Below, in pieces: positions 39,512 to 53,768 of a DNA stretch of 64,000 nt. Made by a program: the position numbers and the translations under genes. The stretch covers positions 29,732,253-29,796,252 of the forward strand of contig NC_068992.1 in NCBI RefSeq assembly GCF_001194135.2, written 5' to 3'. A model generated the notes under the pieces. That model ran no database searches. It was not told where the DNA came from and saw only the letters and a program-made list of their open reading frames with translations. The DNA is from Octopus bimaculoides (Eukaryota). The first letter of the stretch is position 1. The number at the start of each line of letters is the position of its first letter.

Positions 39512-40437
39512 GCACACACATACATACAGTCACATTTACACACGTATACGTAAGTGAGGGAAAGTCTTTAAGTCTTTTTTACTGAGTATTTGCATGTGAT
39601 CGGTGGAGGCAGACAATAGTGTTTTTATGAGCTCCTCATATAGTGTTTTTAATCTAGATATTCACACGCACGCACGCTCACACGCGCTCGCGTGCACACA
39701 CACGCACACGCACAAGCTTACATAGCTGAGGTTGTACACGTAAGCACACAAACAAATACACACATCAGTCAAATACTGTACACATATCATTCAGATATAT
39801 CAGGAAGATATATAATTTATTTATATTCACACTGTTTAAACATGCCAGTTGTTTTTAAACAAGTATAAGCTTTTTCTTTCTATTCGCACTTTGTATTTTA
39901 CGTGAGTCATGAAATCTGATTTGGTTGTTGAAAATAGACCTGGATGTTGTAACAATGAAATTACAACGTTCTTTCAACATTTCTCTTTCCAGTCATGCGC
40001 ACAACGTCAGCATGATATTTTCTACCAACTTTGAACTTTATTACATTTACATTCTATGTGTTGCCCATCGTATAAAATGCTTGTCGTGGCGATATCCTTT
40101 TCTCATAAATGACCTTAAGCAGGCATAGCAAACAAGTGTTGTGTTTCACTCACATAAGCGAATATATTTAACAAATTATGTTATGTACAACCACAAACAC
40201 GCAAATACATGTGACCGTGCGTGTGCTTGAATATCATATATAGTTTTATTATCATCTTAAAAGATAGCCAGATGTCACAACTCTCGTCTTATGAGACAAA
40301 TGTGGTAAAAGCTGGGCCATGTTAAAAGAAAACAATAAAACTGAATTTATTCTATACTCAGCAACTCCAAATCATTTTTCATTGGTCATTATTATGATCT
40401 TCGCCGGAATTTCTTTACGTTTGGCTTCATTCATATT

Positions 40438-40721
40438 TTGACCCATCCATCCATCCATCCATCCATCCATCCATCCATCCATCTATCCATCCATTCATTC
40501 ATCCAACCAGTCATCCATGTATGTATGTATGTATGTATGTATGTATGTATGCATGTATGTATGTGTTTATGTATGCATGTGTGTATGTATGTATGTATGT
40601 ATGCATGTATGTATGCATGTATGTCTGCATGCATATATGTATGTATGCATGCATGCATACATGTATGTCTGATTGTCTATCTGTCCGCCTCTTAAGTAGG
40701 TATGCATACAGATATGCATAT

Positions 40722-40762
<41 letters not shown>
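40438..40762. repeat. (CCAT)n / (ATGT)n / (CA)n compound microsatellite
   Basis: Directly visible. Confidence 0.95.
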
Positions 40763-42194
40763 NNNNNNNNNNNNNNNNNNNNNNNNNNNNNNNNNNNNNN
40801 NNNNNNNNNNNNNNNNNNNNNNNNNNNNNNNNNNNNNNNNNNNNNNNNNNNNNNNNNNNNNNNNNNNNNNNNNNNNNNNNNNNNNNNNNNNNNNNNNNNN
40901 NNNNNNNNNNNNNNNNNNNNNNNNNNNNNNNNNNNNNNNNNTATCGAGAGAGAGAGAAAGATAGAGAGATAGAGAGAAGGAGAGAGAAAGAAAGATATTG
41001 ATAGCTATATGGATTGATAAATACTTGCAAAAACATAAATCGATAAACACGTGCAAACATCGCCATATTTATAATTCAGTTATAATTCACTATAATAAAT
41101 ACAAATAATATCTAAAATAAGAAGAAATATCTTACCGAATTACACTTGTACACGTGTTTGTGGTTTGTCAGCCTTATGATCTAATAATTTGTTTACTCCT
41201 TCCACCGAACATGGTCTTCTCTATATGGTTAAATTAATTTGTTATATCAAGTTCTGAAGCGAGAACTATATGTGATGTTTCATTTGATATACAAATGCAG
41301 TAAACATCATTTTAAAAAATCCTGCTCCTGTTTTTAGAACGATTCCTTTTATATTAGCAGAAGGACAAATATTTGCACACAAGTGATATAGCTGAATGAT
41401 TCGTCTGCAGTTCATAGGTGGCACTTATTTTATCAGTCGCTCTGCAATTCTATTTGAAATTAGAACACAAGTAAGAAATCTAATCTCTGCATATTTTGGT
41501 TCCGTATACTTCTTTTTCTCTTGTCCTACTACTTTCTCCGATGTCTATACAATTGTCACCAGTAATTATATATTATTTTCCTCGCATGTTATTTTGAGAT
41601 GGAAAGGAACAAAGAACTACAGTTGATATTCTTCAGTATTTAAATTTCGTTTGTTCTTTTCCACTGATTATTTATATTTAATCTGAATAGTGTTGATAGA
41701 ATAAGTAATGAACTACCAATTAACAAACTCAATAGGCTTCTAATTAGCCATCTCAGTAGACTGTCAGACGACTGACCAATTCATGAATAACTTATATTTT
41801 ATCACATGTAATCCTAGACACTTAACTCGCATATTGCAGTTTTGCTAGTAAGCAATTAATATTATGCTTAGATCCAGCTAAGGAAATGAATCGCCGAGGA
41901 ATATTTTTCAGTGTCGCATTTTGTGAAGAACTAAATCTTACAACATTATTGTGGTTCGCCAAGCACCCAGAAAAAGCTGTTGGACTTATAATAGCTTTCT
42001 TCCGCCCCTTTAATTTTCTCTGTCATTTGTGTTTTGTGTAAATTGGACCTAATAATATACGTATATATATATTAATTCACATAAATTCGTCATCTAAACG
42101 TTTCCACCGTTTGCTCTCTCGTTTTGCATACATATTTTGCATTTGATGTATTAATATATTTGACGTGTCTAACTTGTATATCTCAATAATTTCT

Positions 42195-42249
<55 letters not shown>

Positions 42250-42317
42250 GCATGTATGTATGTATATATGTATGTATGTATGTGTGTGTGTGTATAATAC
42301 ATGTATATTTATTTATG

Positions 42318-43986
42318 CATGTTATTATTCAGTCTTCTTTCAAGATTTCTTGCCAATGGAGAAAGAGCCGGTTTCTAACCTAGATCCAAAGTTCCTTCAT
42401 TGGAATTTCGTCCACAGCAGAATATGTATGTATGCATGTATGTATAGGTGCAGATTTGTATGTTCTATTTTATGTGTCTGCTCAAGCATATACTTGAATT
42501 TGTAGACATGCCCATATATACGTAAACGATAAACTTCTGGAAAGTTTTGCAGATTTTTACAGTTCCAGCGATTGTTTCGATCTGTAGTGTTCGAATCAGC
42601 TTTCTCCTATCTGGTTTGGAGAAGCCTGATTTCTGAAGATTGCTATTTAGGCAATGTTTTATATATCCCAGAGCGCCAATGATTACACGTATAAACCTGA
42701 ACTTGTAATTTGGATAAAGTAACTACAGATTTTTCAATAGTTCCGCGTAGACATTCTCTTTTTCACTTTTATTTGGCTTTATGTTAACATCAACTGGAAA
42801 GCTGATTTCCATAACTTTCCACAGTTTCTACTCTCTATCCCAAATCATTTTATCAGGTATATTGTGTTAAAATTTTAATGGGTTCACTGGGATAGTCCAC
42901 TAGTACCCCTTTCTATTATGAGTAGCTATGGCGTCCACCATACTGTGGGTTATGTCTTTGGCCGCGGAATTATCGTTTTGACGGATCTCGTCATACAATG
43001 TCCTAGCAACCACATAATGTCTCACCGGTAGACATGCCGTGATAATATTTTTGGACAGCTGCTTACGATGTGGGTGATATCTTCGGTGTTAACTCCACAA
43101 AGTTTGTATCGGTCGTTATATTGTACTGATTTTCCTGCATCCCTGTCCCTTTTGTCCATCAGGTACTTGATTAATATCTTCTGTTCCTGGATTGCAAACG
43201 CATACCCTTCAAAATGGAAAATAGAAATCTGGTTGTTGCTCCATAATAGACTGCTTTGATGATCAATGTTACTATCATCTCTGAGCTTTCTACTAATATA
43301 TCCATGCACGGTCTTCTGCTCATTTCTGCTCATCCTTTCATCTGATTATACGTTGCAGTAGAGTCGTGCGAATTCTTTGTGCATGTATTTAAGGTTATCA
43401 GGCAAACAATGCAGCTCAAGGGGATGCTTTCCAAGTCTGATGATGTTGTCAGCCTCATGTATGCAAAATTGATCAAGAGATGCACTCCAACACTTGATGG
43501 ATAAAATATGTTGCCAAAGGTATATGATACAATATTCAAAGACATTTTGGATCGATATTATGCTTCTGATGCCTTGTTTTCATTTAGGTACAGACGGTCA
43601 ACGTCACTGTTAATGAGGAAATTATTTGTGCTTGTTAGTATTTTTCAATTTTTGACAACAATGGTTTGGATTTCATGAAGCGTCCGATCAAGCAGCCCAA
43701 ATGTTGGTATGAGTACTGGCACTGCCAACACAATGAGGGCCTCGCTTTTATGAATGCAAATAATTTCATTTGTTTATTCGACTATAATATTCTTTAGTGA
43801 CACGTGTTTTCTTACAGATGCCATTGTAAAATATTTTCATCCACCTACAGATACCTGTAAAATTCCTCATTAGATGTAAGGAAAACAGTCAAGTCACAGA
43901 GATGCTGCTAGTCTGGTTTACATTCTTGCCTCTTTTGACAAGCATATAACAACATTTATCCTGACCAAACTCCAGTTCTATATCCT
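42318..43986 (-). mobile_element. 5'-truncated decayed R4-like RLE non-LTR retrotransposon, copy 1
   Basis: Minus strand reads KDIELEFGQDKC (late RT), [21 protein letters not shown], the knuckle (Y)KLCGVNTEDITHIVSSCPK, and RLE motifs HNIPDKMIWDRE..MEISFPVDVN..IIGALGY. Confidence 0.85.
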
Positions 43987-43995
43987 TATGTATGT

Positions 43996-45458
43996 ATGTC
44001 ATAACTCAGTTTATTTCAAAATTTCTTGTCGGTAGTGGAAGAATAGATTTTTAACCTAGATACAAAACTTCTTCATTGGAATTTCAACATCAACATCACA
44101 GTATTTTTGTATGTATGTATGTATGTATGTATGTATGTATGTATGTATGTATGTATGTATGTATGTATGTATGTATGTATGCATGTATATATGTATGTAT
44201 GTATGTATATATGTATGTATGTTCAGATTTGTATACTTTATGTATGCATTCTCATGCATACAGTTGCGTATCTAGAAATGTTCATATATATTTAAATGAT
44301 AAACTTCTGGTCCCAGTGATGGATTCGATCTGTAGTCTTCCAATTAGCTTTCTCTTTCTGGTTTTGAGAAGCTTAATTTCTTAAGATTGCTGTTTAGGCA
44401 GTGTACCCCAATAATTACAAGTATAAACCTGAACTTGCAATCTAGATAGTTAACTGCAGATTTCTCAATAGTTCAGCATAGGTGTTCTCTCTTTCACTGA
44501 TCTTCACCTTTAGGTTAACATCGGCTGGGAAGTTAATTTCCACAATTGTGCACAGTTTCTATTCTCTGTTCAAAATCATTATATCAGGTCTGTTGTGATT
44601 ACATTTTATTGAGGTCTTCACAGGGATATTCCACCTGCATTCCTTTCTATTATGAGTGGCTATGGCTTCTACCGTATTGTAGGTTCTTATTTCATTGCCC
44701 TTGGATTTATCTTTCTGACGGATTTCATTATAGTGTCTGCTAGCTACGACATCATGTCTCATGAGTAGATAGTACCGTGTTGATTTTCTGACAACTGCTT
44801 ATGATGTGCGTGATATATACAGTGTAAACTCCACAAAGTCTGCATCGGTTGTCACACGTTACTGATTTTTTGCATCTCTATCCCTTTTGTGCCTCAGATA
44901 CTTGTTTGATATTTCCTGTTCTTGGTTTGCAAACGCATACTCTTCAAATTGAGAAATAGTAATCCAGCTATTGATTCATGACAGACTGCTTTGATGATCA
45001 ATGTCCCTATCATCACGGAGCTTCCTATTAACACATCGATGCATAGTCTTTTGCTCACACATGCTCATCCTTTCAACTGATGATACATTTCGGTAGAGTT
45101 GTGCGACTATTTTGGGCATGTATTCTAGGTTATCAGACAAAGAGTGTTGCTCAAAGCGCTGCCTTCCAAGTCTTATGATGTTATCAGTCTTAGGTTTTCA
45201 AACTTGGTCAAGGGATGCACCTCGACGCTTGGTGGTTAAAAGATGTTGCCGGAGGGATATAATGCGAGATGCAAAGGCAATTTGGGTCTATGTAAAGCCT
45301 CTGCCTCCTTGTTTTGGTTTTAGGTAGATGTTGTCTCCGTCACAGTTTATGTGGAAATTATTTGTGCTTGTTAATACTTTTCGGGCTTTCACATCAATGA
45401 TTTGAATCTCATCAAGCATCCAATCAAGCAACCCAAATGTTGGTATAAGTACACAGCT
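43996..45458 (-). mobile_element. 5'-truncated decayed R4-like RLE non-LTR retrotransposon, copy 2 (same family as copy 1)
   Basis: ORF fragments [53 protein letters not shown] (45288-45593 ORF) and MRHDVVA..HNRPDIMILNRE (44559-44762 ORF). It is colinear with copy 1, including the 3' UTR. Confidence 0.85.
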
Positions 45459-48400
45459 TTGTATGTATGTATGTATGTATGTATGTATGTATGTATGTAT
45501 GTATGTATGTATGTATGCATGTATGCATGTATGATATATGTATGTATGATATATGCATGTGTGTATGTATATATGTATGTATGATATATGCATGTGTGTA
45601 TGTATGTATGCAGGTCTGTCTGTGTGTGTGCGTGTGCATGTGAGCTAGGAGTTTTATTTACTTTATGGACCTCATTAACTGTATTCACTAATGCGATACA
45701 AAGTACAAAATATAAATTTCTCCGAAGTCGGAGTCAGCTTCAGAAGGAGTCATTTGGGAATATGCAATGATCAAATTTCGTATAGAGTCGAGTGTAGGCA
45801 ATATTCTGTTATCGAACATATGAAAGATTTTCTGATTTTCTAAGCTGTATGTACCTCCTGGCAATCAGTGGTAATAAATAAATCCAGCAAACAAACATTC
45901 CAGAATCCTTTTAGTTATAGAGTACATGGAAAATCTACGGAATATGTTTAGTAGTGTTATCTCGTAGATATCTGTAATGGATAAAAGGCATGGTGCCGTA
46001 GCAATGCCATCTTTGAACACGTAACAGTGACACTACCAACATTAGCAATGTATTAACTTAAGCGCGCTATTTATGACTGTAAACCCGAACTATTATACAT
46101 TCGGCCAGTCACAATTCCTTCACACAAATTTAATATACATTAACTTTTGTAAAGGCCAGCAGCAATAATGTGCCTCTTCAAATGCTAACTTTCCAGGAAA
46201 AAGTGTATATAAATCGAAAATAGTAATAAAAAATGCATCTACTAATGGAAATACTATTAGTTGAGCTATTAGTAACTGTTTAATATTCGGTGTACAATCT
46301 ACCATTATATTTTAAAGCTTCATTTCATGGCAGTAAAATTGTCGATTCTCGAGCGCTAAAGATTCAGCCTGAGGCTGTTAATGCCTCCAGCTGCTAATAG
46401 ATAACAGAAAACGAATATTGAAAGAAATAATGAATAACAAGCTGTTCAGATTACTTCTAATATTTATATTGCACACGAAAGTAATGAAATGGCAGGAACG
46501 GTAGGGAACTGGACTGAATGCCTTCCGGTATTATAATACGTTTGTATTCAAATCCCATCGGTCTTTGTTTTTATAGAATAAACAACATAAGTAACAGTAA
46601 TATACTTGAGTCGATTAAATTGAATATATTCATTTTCTACTAATATGTGGCTTGTAATAAATTTAGAAACCAATATTTATGATTACCCTCTTGAGTATAA
46701 TTATTAAAAGATCATGAGTTTAAAAATGTATGTTCGATTCAGAATTAGACTTTCATTCTACAATATCTCAACTGTATGCATAGTTTGGAAATATATGACG
46801 CTTTCTGTGATTATGTATATAACCTGCACTCCTATACAGAAATGTATAAATTGGTTTTTATTCATTTGATATTTTGAGATATATTTCATATCACGACTGA
46901 TATTTAAAATAAATCCAACATTTGATTGTTGCTATTTCTTTAAATATATTAAGAATAAAAAAGTATTAATAATAATGAGATATGTTTGAGATGCTTCAAC
47001 GAGAGCATCAGGGTCGCCATTCGACGCAGTTAGGATGGTACTTAGAACGCTTAAGTGAGATTATATGTATATATCAGTGAATTGTTCATTGGCTTCGATT
47101 TTGAAGGTCTAAATGAAGTTCCTCTCGTGAAAATAATATATAAGGACTCATTATACTAGAGACGCGTATGCTCTTAACGCAAACATTACACTTAGCGTGA
47201 TATACTATAACAGAGCTAAACATCTGCAATCCAGAAAGAATGCGAGAGAAAAGGATCGATCACTGTAATTTACTGCTATTTTTTTACGACCACGGAAGAT
47301 GAAGGGCAATGTTAGCTCTGGCGTGTAGTCAATTGAGAGCGGCAGAACGAATATCGCAAGATAATGTATCTGCAGTTTCAAAACTCTAGTAATTCACCGC
47401 ACTAAATCTGTGTAGCGTTATTGAATTAGAGGCTAATTCTTGATGTGGCTGATACTTAAATTTCCTAAAATACTTGGTCATTTTTATATCAGTTAACCCA
47501 TGGGTTGCCTCATCTCACGCCCTTTGATTTTAAAACTCAGATAACACCAGTAATTCATATATTGATATTAGTGAATATTGATTATCAAGTGTATAATGAA
47601 GTAGCTTCCAAAGTAATAACGAATTGAATATAATACATAAAAAGAAATGATCTACTTCTTTTCGGAAACAAAGGAACCGAAAATATTTTTTATCAATATA
47701 AGCGTTATATGTTAACTAGAATTGGCAATCAACTTGCATAATTTGGAGTTCGGATGAAATGTAACAGATATATATGTTATTAATTTTGGCCATTTTTGCC
47801 AATTTACCTGAAGAGTAAACAAATATATTAGACATTTAACTGTCACGTTATAAAAGTTTTGATTTTTACGTTTTCTATGAATTGATGAGTTAACAAGTTC
47901 TAATTAATCACTTTAATGAATCAGGCTGATCAAGCTCTAATGATTAATCATTGTGTTTCAATGAGTGTTTATCATAAAATGAAACCACCAAAAGTATTTT
48001 CTTTAATTAACACTATAGATAATGTCTGAATACTTTAGTTGTTATTATAAAACTTTGTTTTTCGAAGGAAAGAAACGGCATAGTTCTTGCATTTAACATT
48101 AGCATCTCTCTCTCTGTCTGTCTCTCTCTGTCTGTCTCTCTCTGTCTGTCTCTCTCTCTCTATCTCTGTCTCTTCTCAAATATCTTTTAATTTCAGTATA
48201 TGTGTGTATAGATGTGTGTATATGTATATGTATAAATATATATATATATANNNNNNNNNNNNNNNNNNNNNNNNNNNNNNNNNNNNNNNNNNNNNNNNNN
48301 NNNNNNNNNNNNNNNNNNNNNNNNNNNNNNNNNNNNNNNNNNNNNNNNNNNNNNNNNNNNNNNNNNNNNNNNNNNNNNNNNNNNNNNNNNNNNNNNNNNN

Positions 48401-51400
48401 NNNNNNNNNNNNNNNNNNNNNNNNNNNNNNNNNNNNNNNNNNNNNNNNNNNNNNNNNNNNNNNNNNNNNNNNNNNNNNNNNNNNNNNNNNNNNNNNNNNN
48501 NNNNNNNNNNNNNNNNNNNNTATATATATATATATATGCGTAAATGGGAGACCGAATTTCTGTATATTCCAGTCTGAGTTTGTGTGCGTATATATGTAGA
48601 TATCATTGTGAATATTTCTGCGAGATTGCATCAAAGAAACATCCGGAAATTGCCCAGGCCCACTTACTTAGCATTTCTATAAATTCGCAGGGATTTCAAT
48701 TAAGTGGGTTGTTTAGCATAAAACAAAGGTACGTTTTACCAAAACTGTTGATTACAGAATATTCCTCTATTTTTATCAGGAATAGAGGACATTTGATTTT
48801 AATCGTTATGACGTTTACAACCTAATCAGTGAAATATTATGGCTGTTATAATTATATGGTCATTAATGGCATTTACTGAGTGGGCTATTATTTTGATAAA
48901 AAAATTCCATTGGCATTCTTTGGGTTAAAGTAGAAATATATAATAGAATATTTCCACTTTTAACTCAAAGAATATCAACGATAAATTTATGGACCAGAGA
49001 TATTGAAAGAATAAAAAAAAGTTATGATGGGATTTTTATAGTATAAGTAGAGAAAACTTTCTTGAAATAAAATTCGAAAAAGTCACCAATCGGGATCAGG
49101 TGGTGCTTAAAATATTTTCAAAAGTGAACACGAAGCATTTTCTATATCAATGAAAAGGTTAGTTTATTACAGCACATAATTGTTGCGTGTTTCTTGTAGA
49201 ATAACAAGGTTCTTGAAACTGGAATTATGACTTAAAGAAATATCTCCCATAATTGGATTTTCTGAAATGTAGTTGTCTTTTCTAGATATCGACTTTCTAT
49301 AAAGATCTCCTCGATATTGCAAAGATTTTACATAATTTCAAAATCTGACTCTCAACTCAAGTCAGAGAGAATGTTTTTGTTTGACAATCAAAACAACTTT
49401 CAATTATTGATCAGAGGTTTATTTTTCAAGTGAAAGAATTTTATTCTGTCTGTCGATTATAAATAAAGAAGGAAAACAAAACAAAATATCGAGGTTTCTC
49501 TGACCCAGACGAAATATATAGTCAACAATAGAATCACGTGATAACTGGATGAATTTAAAGGCACCTTCCATCAAAATATTTAATTGGGTAATTTTTGTGA
49601 AATAATAGAAAAACATACGAATAAAATAAGAAATAGATTGTTCCCATTCGAATGAATAAATTCGTGCAGAGCCACAATTACAAACACACATACGTATGCG
49701 TGTTTATACTGTTTGTGTATATGTGAGAACACACATACACACACACACGCACACACTAATATATAATCAGATATATGTAATAATATACCTAACATATATA
49801 AGCGTATGTAGGTAATATATATAATATATGTTTTCTGATATATAAAAATAATTTTACAATATATATACATACATACGTACATACATACATACATACATAT
49901 ATATATATATATATNNNNNNNNNNNNNNNNNNNNNNNNNNNNNNNNNNNNNNNNNNNNNNNNNNNNNNNNNNNNNNNNNNNNNNNNNNNNNNNNNNNNNN
50001 NNNNNNNNNNNNNNNNNNNNNNNNNNNNNNNNNNNNNNNNNNNNNNNNNNNNNNNNNNNNNNNNNNNNNNNNNNNNNNNNNNNNNNNNNNNNNNNNNNNN
50101 NNNNNNNNNNNNNNNNNNNNNNNNNNNNNNNNNNNNNNNNNNNNNNNNNNNNNNNNNNNNNNNNNNNNNNNNNNNNNNNNNNNNNNNNNNNNNNNNNNNN
50201 NNNNNNNNNNNNNNNNNNNNNNNNNNNNNNNNNNNNNNNNGTGTCAAGTATTTTTAAATTTGTCTTCCAGTACGTTTTACAATGTAAAACAGTATAAAAA
50301 TCAATAGAATTTTTTCGAGGAGTAAATAGAAGATGGTTTAAAGATAGGTATAATCTCAAAACAAAATGAATAAAACACAGACAAGCGTCTTAGTCCACTA
50401 ACTATATTCTCTTCGTTTGGCAAAACTTTTATATATTGCTTTTCAATAAAATATGTCAAAAAAGGAAACTCGTACGAACTTTCTGAATTCTATAATGGTA
50501 TTTAATGTTATTGCAGCAACACACCTTTCCAGTTGTTTTTGTTTACTTTGTTAATAAAGAAGTAACTCTCCTTGCTGACAATTTCTATTCTAATAACAGA
50601 AATATCTTAACAAATTGTTGGAGTACTAAAGTTATGCGGTACAATGAAAGTATATTCTATTGGTGAAAGATGTATGTAAAGCAACAGCAAGGATGATTGG
50701 AACATTCTATGTCAAAGATAATTGTCCATAACTAGTGTCTCATTAATAAAATTGTTGTAACGCCACGTTAAAGAAACCCATCTCTAAAATACGTAAGGTA
50801 ACTTCATTTCTAAATTAGTAACAAAGAGCAACACAATCGTTTGCATGTTTGTATAGGATGTAAAAGCAATATATCCGATGCCGGGTAATTTATTCACCCT
50901 AGTAAGTGTTTTTTTCTTTAAGAGTTATGATTTCAAGTAGACTTTGTTGAGAATAAACTGCATAGAAATATAACATTCATGTAGAATTGATATAAAGGTG
51001 CTGGCTGTCAAATCCACGATAATATAGAGCAACGATATACACATTGACTTTGATAATAGCAACATACATATATGCACACAAACACAGACAAGCCTTTATA
51101 CGAATGCGCGAGTAACTATCGTTAATATTTCAACTGTTAAATTCTCAATTCTGCTTTTTCATTACGAAATATTTTATAATCAACTATCATTGGAGAAACT
51201 TTACACACGCACACATGCTTATATACACACAAAGATACACTAATAGAAATTGTAATATGCTCGAGACGTTACCACGCAAATTAGGTGAGACAGGCTTCAT
51301 AATTTTACTACGTTAAATTTTCATTCTCGGATAAAGCATCGGTGGGAGAGGTATGAATTAGGACTCGAGTTTAATGCAGTAACAAAAGGCATATCGTTTT

Positions 51401-53713
51401 GAAATAACGGCAGAAAAACCTCAAAAGAGATTCGTTATTTCCTCTTATTTTTTTACAATTTTAATTATTGTTCGAAGAACTTGTATCTCAATCGTTGTCC
51501 AGGTTTATAATAATCATTTTTAATGTTGAATTTTGTGCTTCACCCAACTGTGGTTTGTCAATTGCGGAACGGAGAGGATACATCGAACCAAAATTTAACT
51601 GAGTGATTTGAGAAATGCATAGTGATCAAATAATTTCAAGATTCAAATTAGTACTGTTGTGAATCCCATCGATAGAAAAATTAAATGTTGAGTCCTGATA
51701 TTTTATTCTCGTAAACTCGCTAGTAATGGGTAACAGTAATGCCGTGCTTAATTTTCTATATAAAGTACAATGTCTGCGAGAAATCATATATTTAATCTTG
51801 AGAAGCCAGGGACAATTTATGCATGCATTCGATTAACTTACGAAGGGTTTAGATTGCCGTAACCAGCATCGAAATCTGTTGGAACAATTGTTTATTTTCT
51901 TCGATAATAGACTTACTCATAGCATATTATCAAACGTTGCACTTGACCTTTGACTGCGATTATCTAAATTGACACATTTGTTGCAGTAGTGTAGACCATA
52001 GTGCAAAAATGCTCTGCAGTTTCTACTGCAACCTATTATGTGTGTGTGCAATTGCGTATAAACATGTATATATATATATATATNNNNNNNNNNNNNNNNN
52101 NNNNNNNNNNNNNNNNNNNNNNNNNNNNNNNNNNNNNNNNNNNNNNNNNNNNNNNNNNNNNNNNNNNNNNNNNNNNNNNNNNNNNNNNNNNNNNNNNNNN
52201 NNNNNNNNNNNNNNNNNNNNNNNNNNNNNNNNNNNNNNNNNNNNNNNNNNNNNNNNNNNNNNNNNNNNNNNNNNNNNNNNNNNNNNNNNNNNNNNNNNNN
52301 NNNNNNNNNNNNNNNNNNNNNNNNNNNNNNNNNNNNNNNNNNNNNNNNNNNNNNNNNNNNNNNNNNNNNNNNNNNNNNNNNNNNNNNNNNNNNNNNNNNN
52401 NNNNNNNNNNNNNNNNNNNNNNNNNNNNNNNNNNNNNNNNNNNNNNNNNNNNNNNNNNNNNNNNNNNNNNNNNNNNNNNNNNNNNNNNNNNNNNNNNNNN
52501 NNNNNNNNNNNNNNNNNNNNNNNNNNNNNNNNNNNNNNNNNNNNNNNNNNNNNNNNNNNNNNNNNNNNNNNNNNNNNNNNNNNNNNNNNNNNNNNNNNNN
52601 NNNNNNNNNNNNNNNNNNNNNNNNNNNNNNNNNNNNNNNNNNNNNNNNNNNNNNNNNNNNNNNNNNNNNNNNNNNNNNNNNNNNNNNNNNNNNNNNNNNN
52701 NNNNNNNNNNNNNNNNNNNNNNNNNNNNNNNNNNNNNNNNNNNNNNNNNNNNNNNNNNNNNNNNNNNNNNNNNNNNNNNNNNNNNNNNNNNNNNNNNNNN
52801 NNNNNNNNNNNNNNNNNNNNNNNNNNNNNNNNNNNNNNNNNNNNNNNNNNNNNNNNNNNNNNTATATATATATATATATATATATGTACATACAGGCATA
52901 CATGCATACATACATGCATATGATTATATTTATAGTTGTGTGTATAGCATCTGGTCATTCTTAGTGCTATTGACGTTGCGATTTAACCCAGTGCAATGTC
53001 AAAAGTTAAATCGGTAACCATCTCAAGTCCGTTTGCTACGAAGTTTGGTTTTCGACTCACACGATGCGGAACACATCGCAAAATCGGCCGATAGCTGAAG
53101 AGGTCTACTGAGATAACGTCCACCCAACGTGTGTGGGAAGAAAAACCACAGAAATCCAGGTATCTCTATCTGCTGTTAGAGCATCCTTCAAGGAAAAGAC
53201 TAATGTAAAACGAGCGGTTTCCCGTCATAATTGAACATCTTGCTTTAGCCTGGTACTGAGTACTAATCATAGGGACACTCGTGCTACACAAGCGAAAGCT
53301 GTTAAAACACAATGACGTAAAGGTGGCTCTATATGGAGAATTCATTTGGGATTTCCTCAACTACAAATGTTATGGCGAAGAAAGAATGTCGACTTGTGGA
53401 ATCTGAGCCAGTTGGCCATGATATCTGCAGCAGGAATAGTCATCTGAATGTTCATGGATAAAAATGCCATTGGCAAACAGAAAGCACAAAGAGATGACAA
53501 TCAACTGTGAAAATGCAGCAATCAGTAAAACACACACATACAAACAGGCGCAAACACATACACATATGCATATATATGTATATACTAAGATATATACATA
53601 CATACATATGTACATATGTATGTGTGTATATATGTATATATGTATATACAGAGATATAAGAGAGATACATACATATATACATACATACATATGTAAACAC
53701 AAACACCCCCCCC

Positions 53714-53768
<55 letters not shown>

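Noticed and set aside
41133-41260. Candidate minus-strand exon ending in a gtaaga donor
   Set aside because: Stops in all frames for both plausible acceptors.
53110-53420. YLYLLLEH.. reading suggestive of a kinase subdomain
   Set aside because: No HRD/DFG motifs and several stops; the resemblance is likely chance.
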